Assembly: GCF_030908545.1 (NCBI RefSeq)
Contig: NZ_CP133083.1
Location: 2,031,691-2,055,690 of the forward strand
Direction of reading: 5' to 3'
Source of the DNA: Nitrosomonas sp. sh817
GTDB lineage: Bacteria; Pseudomonadota; Gammaproteobacteria; Burkholderiales; Nitrosomonadaceae
DNA length: 24,000 nt
The notes below the pieces were generated by a model that had not been told where the DNA came from, did no database searches, and saw only the letters and a program-made list of their open reading frames with translations. How positions within the stretch are numbered: position 1 is the first letter of the stretch; every line of letters starts with the position of its first letter. The translations under genes and the position numbers were made by a program. Shown piece by piece: positions 10,275 to 17,887 of this stretch.

Positions 10275-10306
10275 CCCGCATGAATGATAAGTTTGGCGGG
10301 TTTTTT
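10275..10306 (+). terminator. Possible intrinsic terminator downstream of tRNA-Ser
   Basis: CCCGC (10275-10279) and GCGGG (10296-10300) are followed by TTTTTT (10301-10306). The 16-nt loop is large, so this is only moderately convincing. Confidence 0.4.
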
Positions 10307-10331
10307 GTTATCTGTAGCCAATCATGTGAAA

Positions 10332-10401
10332 TGTGAGTAACAAGCAAAATTTGTGAGTAACTTTGTGAGTAACTATAATACACGCAAAAAAGTTACTCAC
10401 A
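10332..10401 (+). promoter_or_regulatory. Cluster of four 10-bp TGTGAGTAAC repeats (3 direct, 1 inverted) upstream of the integrase gene
   Basis: TGTGAGTAAC occurs at 10332-10341, 10352-10361 and 10364-10373. The inverted GTTACTCACA is at 10392-10401, 35 bp before the int ATG. The location in the attL arm suggests integrase/excisionase arm-type or repressor sites. Confidence 0.5.
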
Positions 10402-10435
10402 TTTTTGAGCAATCCGACAGGATAAAGGCATTCAC

Positions 10436-11650
10436 ATGAAGCTGACCGATTCAATCATCAAAGCAGCAAAGCCCAAAGAGAAAGATTATTCACTAGCAGA
10501 CGGTCATGGACTGGCTTTATTAGTGAAATCTTCGGGTGCGAAATGGTGGCGGTATCGATACCGTTTTAATGGCACGCCAAAAATGCTTTCAATGGGTGTC
10601 TATCCTGATGTGACATTGAAAGAAGCGCGCAATGAACAGGCACGCTTCAAGGAAATACTGAGCAACGGTATAGACCCGTCAGAGAACCGCAAGGAAGAGA
10701 AGCAGCAGGCAGCGATAGCCGCGGCTAACAGTTTTGAATCGATTGCCCGTCTTTGGTGGAATCACTGGAAGCATGACAAAACCGAACGCCATGCAGGCTA
10801 CACGATCCGGCGCATGGAAGCGGATGTTTTCCCTGTCATTGGCCATAAGCCCGTAAATGAAATCACCGCAACCCAGCTTATAGCGATGATACGCAAGGTG
10901 GAATCTCGCGGTGCGCTGGATATAGCCAAGCGGGTTTTGACCCTATGCGGGCAAGTTATGCGCTATGCCGTGGCGCATGGCATGGCGGAACGGAATCCGG
11001 CAGCTGACATAAAGCCTGCTGATGTGCTGAAACCGGCAATCAAGACCAATCGCGCACGATTGAGTGAAAAAGAATTGCCTGAGTTATTGCGCAAGATCGA
11101 TGGTTATGACGGGCAGCCCCTCACCCGCCTGGCAATGCAACTGATGGCTTTAACATTCGTTAGAACTGGTGAATTAATTGGCGCCCAATGGGATGAAATC
11201 GACCTGATCAAGCGTGAATGGCGCATACCGGCGGAGCGCATGAAGATGAAGACACCGCACATTGTGCCACTGAGTCAACAGGCAATAGCGGTATTGGAAG
11301 AAATCCGCAAACTGGCAGCCGATGATATATTGATATTTCCGAGCGAGCGCCGGGATGGTAAATCAATGAGCAATAACACTATTCTTTATGCACTCTACCG
11401 AATGGGCTACCACTCCCGCATGACCGGACACGGCTTCAGGGGGATAGCTTCAACGATACTTCACGAACAGGGATTCAATCATGACCATATCGAATTGCAG
11501 CTTGCGCATACTCAACGCGATGCAGTATCGGCGGCATATAATCATGCGCTATATTTGGAACCACGAGCAAAGATGATGCAAGACTGGGCAAATTATTTAG
11601 ATGCAACTAAAGTTAATGCACCAATCACAATACCGTTAACTGCTGCATAA
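10436..11650 (+). CDS. int: P4-type tyrosine integrase (DUF4102 N-terminal domain)
   Basis: 404 aa. MKLTDSIIKAAKPKEKDYSLADGHGLALLVKSSGAKWWRYRYRFNG is the canonical P4-like N-terminus. Catalytic region: TFVRTGEL (R), HGFRGIAST (HxxR), AYNHALYLEPR (Y). It sits 198 bp after a tRNA gene. Confidence 0.93.
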   Translation: MKLTDSIIKAAKPKEKDYSLADGHGLALLVKSSGAKWWRYRYRFNGTPKMLSMGVYPDVTLKEARNEQARFKEILSNGIDPSENRKEEKQQAAIAAANSFESIARLWWNHWKHDKTERHAGYTIRRMEADVFPVIGHKPVNEITATQLIAMIRKVESRGALDIAKRVLTLCGQVMRYAVAHGMAERNPAADIKPADVLKPAIKTNRARLSEKELPELLRKIDGYDGQPLTRLAMQLMALTFVRTGELIGAQWDEIDLIKREWRIPAERMKMKTPHIVPLSQQAIAVLEEIRKLAADDILIFPSERRDGKSMSNNTILYALYRMGYHSRMTGHGFRGIASTILHEQGFNHDHIELQLAHTQRDAVSAAYNHALYLEPRAKMMQDWANYLDATKVNAPITIPLTAA

Positions 11651-11665
11651 ACACAAAAACACCAT

Positions 11666-12462
11666 ATGGCAATAACCTTAACTATTGATGCAATTAGAAA
11701 ACGCGCTGCCAAGTTTGCGAAAAGCTATGAAAACATAAAATCTGAGAAACAACACGATCAGAATTTCATGAGAGATTTTTGTGAAGTATTCGGCATCAAC
11801 GCTAGGCGCATCGAATGGCAGTATAAAACCAAGACCGTTACATGGGTGGATGGTTTTATTCCCGGTATGCTGCTGTTTGAAATGAAATCGGCCGGTGAGA
11901 ATCTGGATGAAGCTTACGGGCAAGCTGCTCGATATATTGCCCAGCTAAAAGATAAAGATTTGCCATCAACCGTGATCGTCAGTGACTTTCAGCGAATTCA
12001 TGTGCATCAACGTGAAATTGGTGAACGCATCGAGATTAATTTGTGCGATTTACCGCAAGAAATCGACAAAATTAAATTCCTGGCAGGCTACGAAGAACGA
12101 GCTATACAACAAGAACAGCAAGCCAATGAGGCCGCCGCCGAAAAAATGGCTGGCCTGCATGATGCAATCAAAACTACCGGCTATACCGGCAAAGACCTGG
12201 AAACTTATTTGGTACGCTTGCTGTTTTGTTTGTTTGCCGACGATACCGGGTTATTCGGTGAAAAAGGACTGTTCCTTAATTATCTGATCAATCATACCAA
12301 ACAAGACGGTTCGGATTTACATGGTGAATTAACCGCTTTGTTTGATACCTTAAATAAACCAGATGACGGTTATCTCGCAAAACACCCCGATTACGTAGGC
12401 CCCAAACGCCTTAAGAACCTGGCCGAGCATCGGCGACCCTTTCCTTATATCAACGGCGCTTT
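11666..12462 (+). pseudogene. MmeI-family type IIL (IIG) restriction-modification enzyme, N-terminal ~265 codons only (endonuclease domain); methyltransferase/TRD missing
   Basis: VDGFIPGMLLFEMK (D-x9-E-x-K), YLVRLLFCLFADDTG and KRLKNLAEHRRPFPYINGAL align, from memory, with MmeI DLFWPGILLIEMK, LYLVRLLFCLFAEDT and KRLKNLDEHLAAFPYINGKLF. The reading frame then runs into the IS200-like left end at about 12460 and stops at 12511. No continuation follows the IS. Confidence 0.85.
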
Positions 12463-12522
12463 ATTGTCCATCATAAGGTTAAAACCACCGGCTTCAGCCG
12501 GTCAGCTTTAGCTGCGAGAATA

Positions 12523-12543
12523 TGCCACACAGGAGGTGTGGCA
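12523..12543 (+). promoter_or_regulatory. Stem-loop sequestering the tnpA Shine-Dalgarno (copy 1; identical hairpin at 17032-17052)
   Basis: TGCCACAC-AGGAG-GTGTGGCA: the 8-bp stem has the SD (AGGAG) in its loop, and its last base is the A of the ATG. An RBS-occluding hairpin is a described feature of Salmonella IS200. Confidence 0.6.
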
Positions 12544-12974
12544 TGGATTATAGATATGGAAGTCATACGGTTTATCAGATTGAATATCATTTTGTATGGG
12601 TAACGAAGTATAGATATAAGATTCTGAAGGGAGAAGTAGCAGAACGAGTACGAGAGTTGGTTCGTCAGACGTGTGAAGCATTTGAAATGAGAATTGTACA
12701 GGGTGTAGTAAGTAAGGATCATGTGCATATTCTGGTGAGTTGTCCGCCGGAGATGGCTCCGAGTGAGATCATGAGGCGGCTAAAAGGACGAACATCGAGC
12801 TATCTGTTTGAAGAATTTCCTCACTTGAAGAAGCGGTACTGGGGAAGGCATTTTTGGGCGCGAGGGTATTTCTGCGTGACAGTAGGTCAGATGACAGAAG
12901 AGATGATCAAACAATACTTGGAGCATCATTTTGAGCCAAATCCAAACGACAATTTTAAAATGGAGCCGGAATAA
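12543..12974 (+). CDS. tnpA: IS200/IS605-family Y1 (HUH) transposase TnpA, copy 1
   Basis: MDYRYGSHTVYQIEYHFVWVTKYRYKIL...DHVHILVS (HUH)...MIKQYLEHH (catalytic Tyr region). 143 aa from the ATG preceded by AGGAGG; the track's 150-aa version starts 7 codons earlier. Confidence 0.9.
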   Translation: MDYRYGSHTVYQIEYHFVWVTKYRYKILKGEVAERVRELVRQTCEAFEMRIVQGVVSKDHVHILVSCPPEMAPSEIMRRLKGRTSSYLFEEFPHLKKRYWGRHFWARGYFCVTVGQMTEEMIKQYLEHHFEPNPNDNFKMEPE

Positions 12975-13211
12975 GACGCGTCGTTTAGTCGACGCGTATC
13001 CGGACTTTCAGTCCGTAACTCAAACCCACCGGCTTTAGCCGGTGGTTGTTTAGTTTTTAAAAGTTATACTAGCTTAAATAGGGGATTTCAGAGAATTTTA
13101 TGACTTCCTCTATCGATTGATGTCGATCATCTGGTACTGTTATGCAACCTGGTTTCATCATCAAGACGCAATCCCCTATTCCTGATGGGAAATGAGATGC
13201 AGTAAAAAATG

Positions 13212-14311
13212 GTGGATTCAAAATTGAAGTGCAACTTTTGTAAGGAAGTTTAGGAAGCAAGCTGCGGTAGTATCGGAGCTTCTTAAACGACCAAGTAGAA
13301 GGAGCACAGATGAAGCACTACAAGCAGCTCACCAGCGAGCAACGATACCAGATTTCCGGCTTGAAGAAGGCGGGTTTGAACCAATCGCGAATAGCGGATG
13401 CAGTGGGCGTGAGCAAGTCGACGATTTCGCGGGAATTCAGGCGGAACAAGGGTCGGCGTGACTGGTATCCCAAGCAGGCGCAGGAATTACGGAACGAGCG
13501 CCGAAAACAATGCGCCAACGCCCAGCGTTTATCAATGTCGGACTGGACGGAAGTTGAGCGATTGGTTCGGCTGGACATGAGTCCGGAGCAAGCGGCCCGT
13601 CGACTTGCTTTGGAAAGTGTGTTGCAGATCAGTCACGAGACGATCTACTTGCACATATATGCAGACAAGCGTCGAGGTGGCGACCTGTGGCGGCATTTGC
13701 GTTGCCAGAAGCCCCGCAGGAAGCGTTATGCGAGCGGTCAAGAGCGCCGGGGCACGATCAAGAACCGGATCGGCATTGATGAGCGTCCGGGGATCGTGGA
13801 TCAGAAGAACCGCATAGGCGACTGGGAGGGCGACACCGTAATCGGCAAGAACCATCAAGGCGCATTGGTTACGCTGGCCGAGAGGAAGTCGCGCTACATT
13901 CTGGCAGCCCAAGTGCCCGGCAAACATGCATCGGGCGTAACGGCGGCGGTAACGCGATTGCTGCGCCCCCATAAACGCAAGTGCCACACCATGACATTCG
14001 ACAACGGGAAAGAATTTGCGGAGCATGAAACCATTGCTGCGAAACTCAATGTGGATATCTACTTCGCTCATCCTTATCATTCATGGGAGCGCGGCTTGAA
14101 CGAGAACAGCAATGGTCTGCTGCGGCAGTATTTCCCCAAGGGAATGGAATTGATTAAGGTGACCCAGGAACAAGTACAATGGGCGGTGGATAGACTCAAC
14201 CATCGACCGCGCAAGGTGCTTGGATTCAGAACCCCGTTTGAGGTGTTCTTCGGAAAGACGGTGCGCTATACCAAGCCACCGCTAGGTGTTGCACTTCGAA
14301 GTTGAATCCGC
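13212..14311 (+). mobile_element. IS30-family insertion sequence (~1.1 kb)
   Basis: Imperfect terminal inverted repeats: GGATTCAAAATTGAAGTGCAAC (13214-13235) against the reverse complement of GTTGCACTTCGAAGTTGAATCC (14288-14309), 19 of 22 matching. The right repeat overlaps the transposase stop codon. Exact ends are uncertain by 1-2 nt, and no target duplication was resolved. Confidence 0.8.
13310..14305 (+). CDS. IS30-family DDE transposase
   Basis: 331 aa. N-terminal HTH (LTSEQRYQISGLKKAGLNQSRIADAVGVSKSTISREFRRN), then GDWEGDTVIG...TFDNGKEF...WERGLNENSNGLLRQYFPKG, typical of IS30 transposases. Confidence 0.92.
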   Translation: MKHYKQLTSEQRYQISGLKKAGLNQSRIADAVGVSKSTISREFRRNKGRRDWYPKQAQELRNERRKQCANAQRLSMSDWTEVERLVRLDMSPEQAARRLALESVLQISHETIYLHIYADKRRGGDLWRHLRCQKPRRKRYASGQERRGTIKNRIGIDERPGIVDQKNRIGDWEGDTVIGKNHQGALVTLAERKSRYILAAQVPGKHASGVTAAVTRLLRPHKRKCHTMTFDNGKEFAEHETIAAKLNVDIYFAHPYHSWERGLNENSNGLLRQYFPKGMELIKVTQEQVQWAVDRLNHRPRKVLGFRTPFEVFFGKTVRYTKPPLGVALRS

Positions 14312-14368
14312 GAATCTTAGCTTGAAAGCTTCTGTTTTTTTGCAATTTCTCCAATAATCCCAAATCCC

Positions 14369-15733
14369 TTATCTAACCCAAACGGTTTTGATATTCACAA
14401 ATTCGCGAGCGCCGTGATAAGACAATTCTCTGCCATAACCGGATTCCTTAATCCCGCCAAACGGCAAGCGCGGATCGCTTTTGACAATGCCGTTGACAAA
14501 CGTGCAACCGGCATGAATTTGCCGCGCGAGCGCTTCGCCGCGGGCCGGATCGCGCGTCCATACGCTGCCGCCCAGGCCAAACTGGGTGCGATTCGCCAAT
14601 TGAACCGCTTCCTCGGCATTTTTGACACGCACGATGGCAGCCACAGGACCGAACAATTCTTCGTCAAATGCCGGCATGCCCGGTTGCACGTGATCCAGGA
14701 TTGCCGGTGCGTAATAAGCACCCTGTTCGCCAATTGGGAAGCCGCCGGTTACCAGCTGCGCGCCCAATGCTTGGCTTCGTTCCACTTGTGCCTGCAATTC
14801 CGAACGCAAATCCATTCGCGCCATGGGCGCGATGGTGGTTCCGGTATCCTTGGGATCGCCGCTGCGCAACTGGCTGATGAGCGTTTGCAGCTGCTCCACA
14901 AACACATCTGCGATGGTTTCCTGCAAGATAAAGCGCTTCGCGGCAATGCAGCTTTGCCCCATATTTTGCAGCCGGGCTACCAGCGCTTGTTGTGCTGTCG
15001 ATTCGATATCGACATCGTCAAGCACGATGAATGGATCCGATCCACCCAATTCCAGCACACACTTTTTCAAATGCTGCCCGGCCATCGCGGCGACTTTGCG
15101 TCCCGCCGCGCAACTGCCCGTCAACGTGACCGCAGCAATACGGCGATCGGCTATCATTGACTCTGCTTGTGCAGCGCTGATCATGAATGTACGGAAGGTA
15201 TTGGCCGGAAATCCCGCTTGTTGAAATGCTACTTCCAATGCAAGAGCGCATTGCGGCACGTTCGATGCGTGTTTCAACACCACCGCGTTACCCGCCATCA
15301 TCGCCGGTGCAGCGGCGCGAATCAATTGCCAGAATGGGAAATTCCACGGCATAATACATAAAACAATGCCCAGCGGTTGATAAACGACGACACTGCGGCT
15401 GGCATCGGATGCGATGACTTCATCGCGCAGGTACAATGCCGCATGATCTGCATAGTGCTCGCAACCAATCGCGCATTTCTCAATCTCGGCGCGCGCTTCC
15501 TTAAGCAATTTCCCCATTTCTTCGGTGATCAGATGCGCATAGCTTTCGCTATTTTGCCGGAATACTTGCGCCAATTGCCGAAAGAATTGAGCTCGCTGCT
15601 CATAACCCAGCGCCGCCCAGCCTGCTTGCGCTGGCTCCACTTGATCCAATGCGATACTGATTTGGTCAGCCTGCCATGTAGAAAACGATTGCATAATTTG
15701 GCCCGTGGCCGGATTGATCGATTGCATTGACAT
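14369..15733 (-). CDS. NAD(P)-dependent aldehyde dehydrogenase, succinate-semialdehyde dehydrogenase-like
   Basis: 454 aa. PWNFPFWQ, VLKHASNVP, catalytic ELGGSDP and GQSCIAAKR, and C-terminal PFGGIKESGYGRE. It resembles the Sad/YneI-type subfamily. Substrate not determinable. Confidence 0.88.
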   Translation of the reverse strand: MSMQSINPATGQIMQSFSTWQADQISIALDQVEPAQAGWAALGYEQRAQFFRQLAQVFRQNSESYAHLITEEMGKLLKEARAEIEKCAIGCEHYADHAALYLRDEVIASDASRSVVVYQPLGIVLCIMPWNFPFWQLIRAAAPAMMAGNAVVLKHASNVPQCALALEVAFQQAGFPANTFRTFMISAAQAESMIADRRIAAVTLTGSCAAGRKVAAMAGQHLKKCVLELGGSDPFIVLDDVDIESTAQQALVARLQNMGQSCIAAKRFILQETIADVFVEQLQTLISQLRSGDPKDTGTTIAPMARMDLRSELQAQVERSQALGAQLVTGGFPIGEQGAYYAPAILDHVQPGMPAFDEELFGPVAAIVRVKNAEEAVQLANRTQFGLGGSVWTRDPARGEALARQIHAGCTFVNGIVKSDPRLPFGGIKESGYGRELSYHGAREFVNIKTVWVR

Positions 15734-15927
15734 AATGAGATCCCTGATTCAAAAGATTGAGTGTTTGCTACAAGCGCCGACAACCGCACGCTGGCTCCCG
15801 GACAATGAAAGCCCGGATGAAGATGACGCGTAACCGATTATGATGTTTTTCGCACCCCGTAGCACGACAACAGGATTTATAATTCCGCATCATTTCAAAT
15901 TTTAATGGCTACTTTAAAGGATATCGA

Positions 15928-16338
15928 ATGACCGCTTCGTCAAAATTTATTAAATTGGCTTGTCTGCCAGCATTGTTAGCATGGCTGATTTTGCCACTCC
16001 ACACAATCGCCGGCGACTTAGTAGAGTTACCGCAAGACGCCGTCCGCAAGCTGCAAATCGACGCCGGATTCGGCTGGGGAATATTCAGCGGCACAATTTA
16101 CAACGGCAACGACAATTACCATATCACGCAATTGGTTGTCAGCATGACGCCGGTTCACGACCATCATCATATGCATATGCACCCGAATATGCCGCACGAT
16201 CCGAAAGTGCATCACATCACGCTTGATTTACCGCCCTCGTCTAAAGGCGCATTATCCATGGCGTTGCCCGATGATGTTGCCGACGTGCATGACTTTAAAT
16301 GGGAAATTCTCAAGGTGACGGGCTATTCCGTGCGCTGA
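15928..16338 (+). CDS. Secreted His/Met-rich protein, function unknown (possible periplasmic metal binding)
   Basis: 136 aa. Sec-type leader MTASSKFIKLACLPALLAWLILPLHTIA|GD. Central tract PVHDHHHMHMHPNMPHDPKVHH (9 His and 3 Met in 22 residues). SD-like AAAGGA upstream. Confidence 0.55.
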   Translation: MTASSKFIKLACLPALLAWLILPLHTIAGDLVELPQDAVRKLQIDAGFGWGIFSGTIYNGNDNYHITQLVVSMTPVHDHHHMHMHPNMPHDPKVHHITLDLPPSSKGALSMALPDDVADVHDFKWEILKVTGYSVR

Positions 16339-16379
16339 TGCGCCTGGTAGATGGATTGCATCTGCACCTCCATTTGCAA

Positions 16380-16770
16380 GCTCACGCGCTCAAGCCATGT
16401 CTGAGCAGTAATATCACGTACATCCCAATGAAGCGCGATTTCGTTTATCTGTTCGCCGTGCCTGACTAGGCAAAGCTCCGAGTGCTGTTATGGCGATTGT
16501 CTAACACCGTTGACTATCGACTTCTGCATTAAAGCTGTGCAAGGAGTCATGAACAAGCATAGCGAGGATAGCTGGCGTGACAACGTGTTTGTCGAGCGGC
16601 CTTTGGAAGAGCATCAAATAGCGAAGAGATGTATCTGCATACCTACGACAGCGTATGTAATGCAGAGCGAGGCTTAGAAAAATATTCATGTCTACAACCA
16701 AAGTAGACCTCACACCACACTTGACGATAAAACGCCCAATGAGTGCTTCAATAACCTGCCTGCAATCAAA
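16380..16770 (+). pseudogene. IS3-family transposase OrfB remnant (5'-truncated, internal deletion, stops and frameshifts)
   Basis: Piecewise translation gives NITYIPMKRDFVYLFAVPD*AKLRVLLWRLSNT, then (frameshift) LTIDFCIKAVQGVMNKH..SWRDNVFVER, then (shifts) LWKSIK/EEMYLHTYDSVCNAERGLEKY...TPHLT..KRP. This follows the IS3 OrfB consensus DITYIP..GFVYL.AV.DW.SRKVLSWRLSNT...DNAF.ERLW.S.KYEEVYL..Y.S...A......Y...YN..RPH. The DDE core between the blocks is missing. Boundaries are approximate. Confidence 0.7.
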
Positions 16771-16968
16771 AAAACAGCGTAGGCATTAACGCTCGACTTC
16801 CATTTATGATTTGGGAAAAATTATCCAATCCAGTAAGACCATTTCATAAGCGATGAAACACCGTCATGATTTTTTGGGAAATGTGCGTTTTGTCATACCT
16901 TCATCATATTTTTCTTGTTAGCATAAAGCCAATGAATGCATGAATCTAATTAAAGGGATATCACTTCT

Positions 16969-17555
16969 TTTATTGTCCATCATAAGGTTAAAACCACCGG
17001 CTTCAGCCGGTTAGCTTTAGCTGCGAGAATATGCCACACAGGAGGTGTGGCATGGATTATAGACATGGAAGTCATACGGTTTATCAGATTGAATATCATT
17101 TTGTATGGGTAACGAAGTATAGATATAAGATTCTGAAGGGAGAAGTAGCAGAACGAGTACGAGAGTTGGTTCGTCAGACGTGTGAAGCATTTGAAATGAG
17201 AATTGTACAGGGTGTAGTAAGTAAGGATCATGTGCATATTCTGGTGAGTTGTCCGCCGGAGATGGCTCCGAGTGAGATCATGAGGCGGCTAAAAGGACGA
17301 ACATCGAGCTATCTGTTTGAAGAATTTCCTCACTTGAAGAAGCGGTACTGGGGAAGGCATTTTTGGGCGCGAGGGTATTTCTGCGTGACAGTAGGTCAGA
17401 TGACAGAAGAGATGATCAAACAATACTTGGAGCATCATTTTGAGCCAAATCCAAACGACAATTTTAAAATGGAGCCGGAATAAGACGCGTCGTTTAGTCG
17501 ACGCGTATCCGGACTTTCAGTCCGTAACTCAAACCCACCGGCTTTAGCCGGTGGT
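16969..17555 (+). mobile_element. IS200-like element, copy 2 (same orientation as copy 1)
   Basis: Base-by-base comparison with 12460-13046 shows identity except at 17012 (T vs C) and 17064 (C vs T). The flanks diverge immediately outside (left ...ACTTCT, right AATTAATTCG). Confidence 0.85.
17052..17483 (+). CDS. tnpA: IS200/IS605-family Y1 transposase TnpA, copy 2
   Basis: Identical to copy 1 except Tyr to His at residue 5 (MDYRHGSH). Confidence 0.9.
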   Translation: MDYRHGSHTVYQIEYHFVWVTKYRYKILKGEVAERVRELVRQTCEAFEMRIVQGVVSKDHVHILVSCPPEMAPSEIMRRLKGRTSSYLFEEFPHLKKRYWGRHFWARGYFCVTVGQMTEEMIKQYLEHHFEPNPNDNFKMEPE

Positions 17556-17887
17556 AATTAATTCGCTTGTACATGATTATCTTTATCAAAAAATTAAGAA
17601 TTAGATAAAAATAATATAGAAAATAAATAATCATGAACATATTACTAAAGTTTTGAGCATTAAAACCGCAATAAAGTCAGGAAAACGTTAATTAGCAACA
17701 GTATGAATTTTTAAATCATTAGTTTGATTATAAAACTCCGGATCACGAATAGAGTAATAGAGCAAGCAGAAGCATGGCATGCATTAAAATTTTTAATATA
17801 TATTATATTTTTCATTGGTTTATTTATCTGATCTCAAATTAGAGTGTGATAAAATTATATAAAGTAACTGTTTAAAGGTAACGCTAG

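Larger units (their letters stand above)
12460..13046 (+). mobile_element. IS200-like element (IS200/IS605 family, tnpA only), copy 1
   Basis: 587 bp shared with copy 2 at a constant offset of 4509, with 2 mismatches (12503 C/T and 12555 T/C). Subterminal hairpins: left CCACCGGCTTCAGCCGGT, right CCACCGGCTTTAGCCGGTGG. No terminal inverted repeats, as expected for this family. The first few shared bases (TTTAT) may be the target motif rather than the IS. Confidence 0.85.

Noticed and set aside
10180-10383. 67-aa minus-strand ORF
   Set aside because: It overlaps the tRNA-Ser gene and the TGTGAGTAAC repeat cluster, so it is not a credible gene.
10332-10401. Short direct repeats considered as a possible CRISPR-like array
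   Set aside because: The repeats are only 10 bp with 2-10 bp spacing and one is inverted. No cas genes are present. They are better explained as protein-binding sites in the integrase upstream region.
12471-12728. 85-aa minus-strand ORF present in both IS200-like copies (also 16980-17237)
   Set aside because: It recurs only because the IS is duplicated. It is antisense to tnpA and spans the left-end hairpins. It has no known counterpart, although an antisense RNA in this region would not be surprising.
13532-14080. 182-aa minus-strand ORF inside the IS30 element
   Set aside because: It is antisense to the IS30 transposase, has no recognisable domain, and is typical of GC-rich antisense frames.
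14414-15160. 248-aa plus-strand ORF, with several shorter ones at 14668-15730, inside the aldehyde dehydrogenase region
   Set aside because: They lie antisense to a well-supported 454-aa ALDH gene in GC-rich DNA, where long spurious antisense frames are expected. The translations are low-complexity (R/A/Q-rich) with no recognisable motifs.
17555-17566. ATTAATTCGC immediately after IS200-like copy 2 matches 10 nt of the IS5/MITE terminus (CTGATTAATTCGCC), suggesting a truncated IS5/MITE end
   Set aside because: The match is only 10 nt in very AT-rich DNA, the outer GGAAACGCTG part is missing, and no partner repeat was found downstream. It is not distinguishable from chance.
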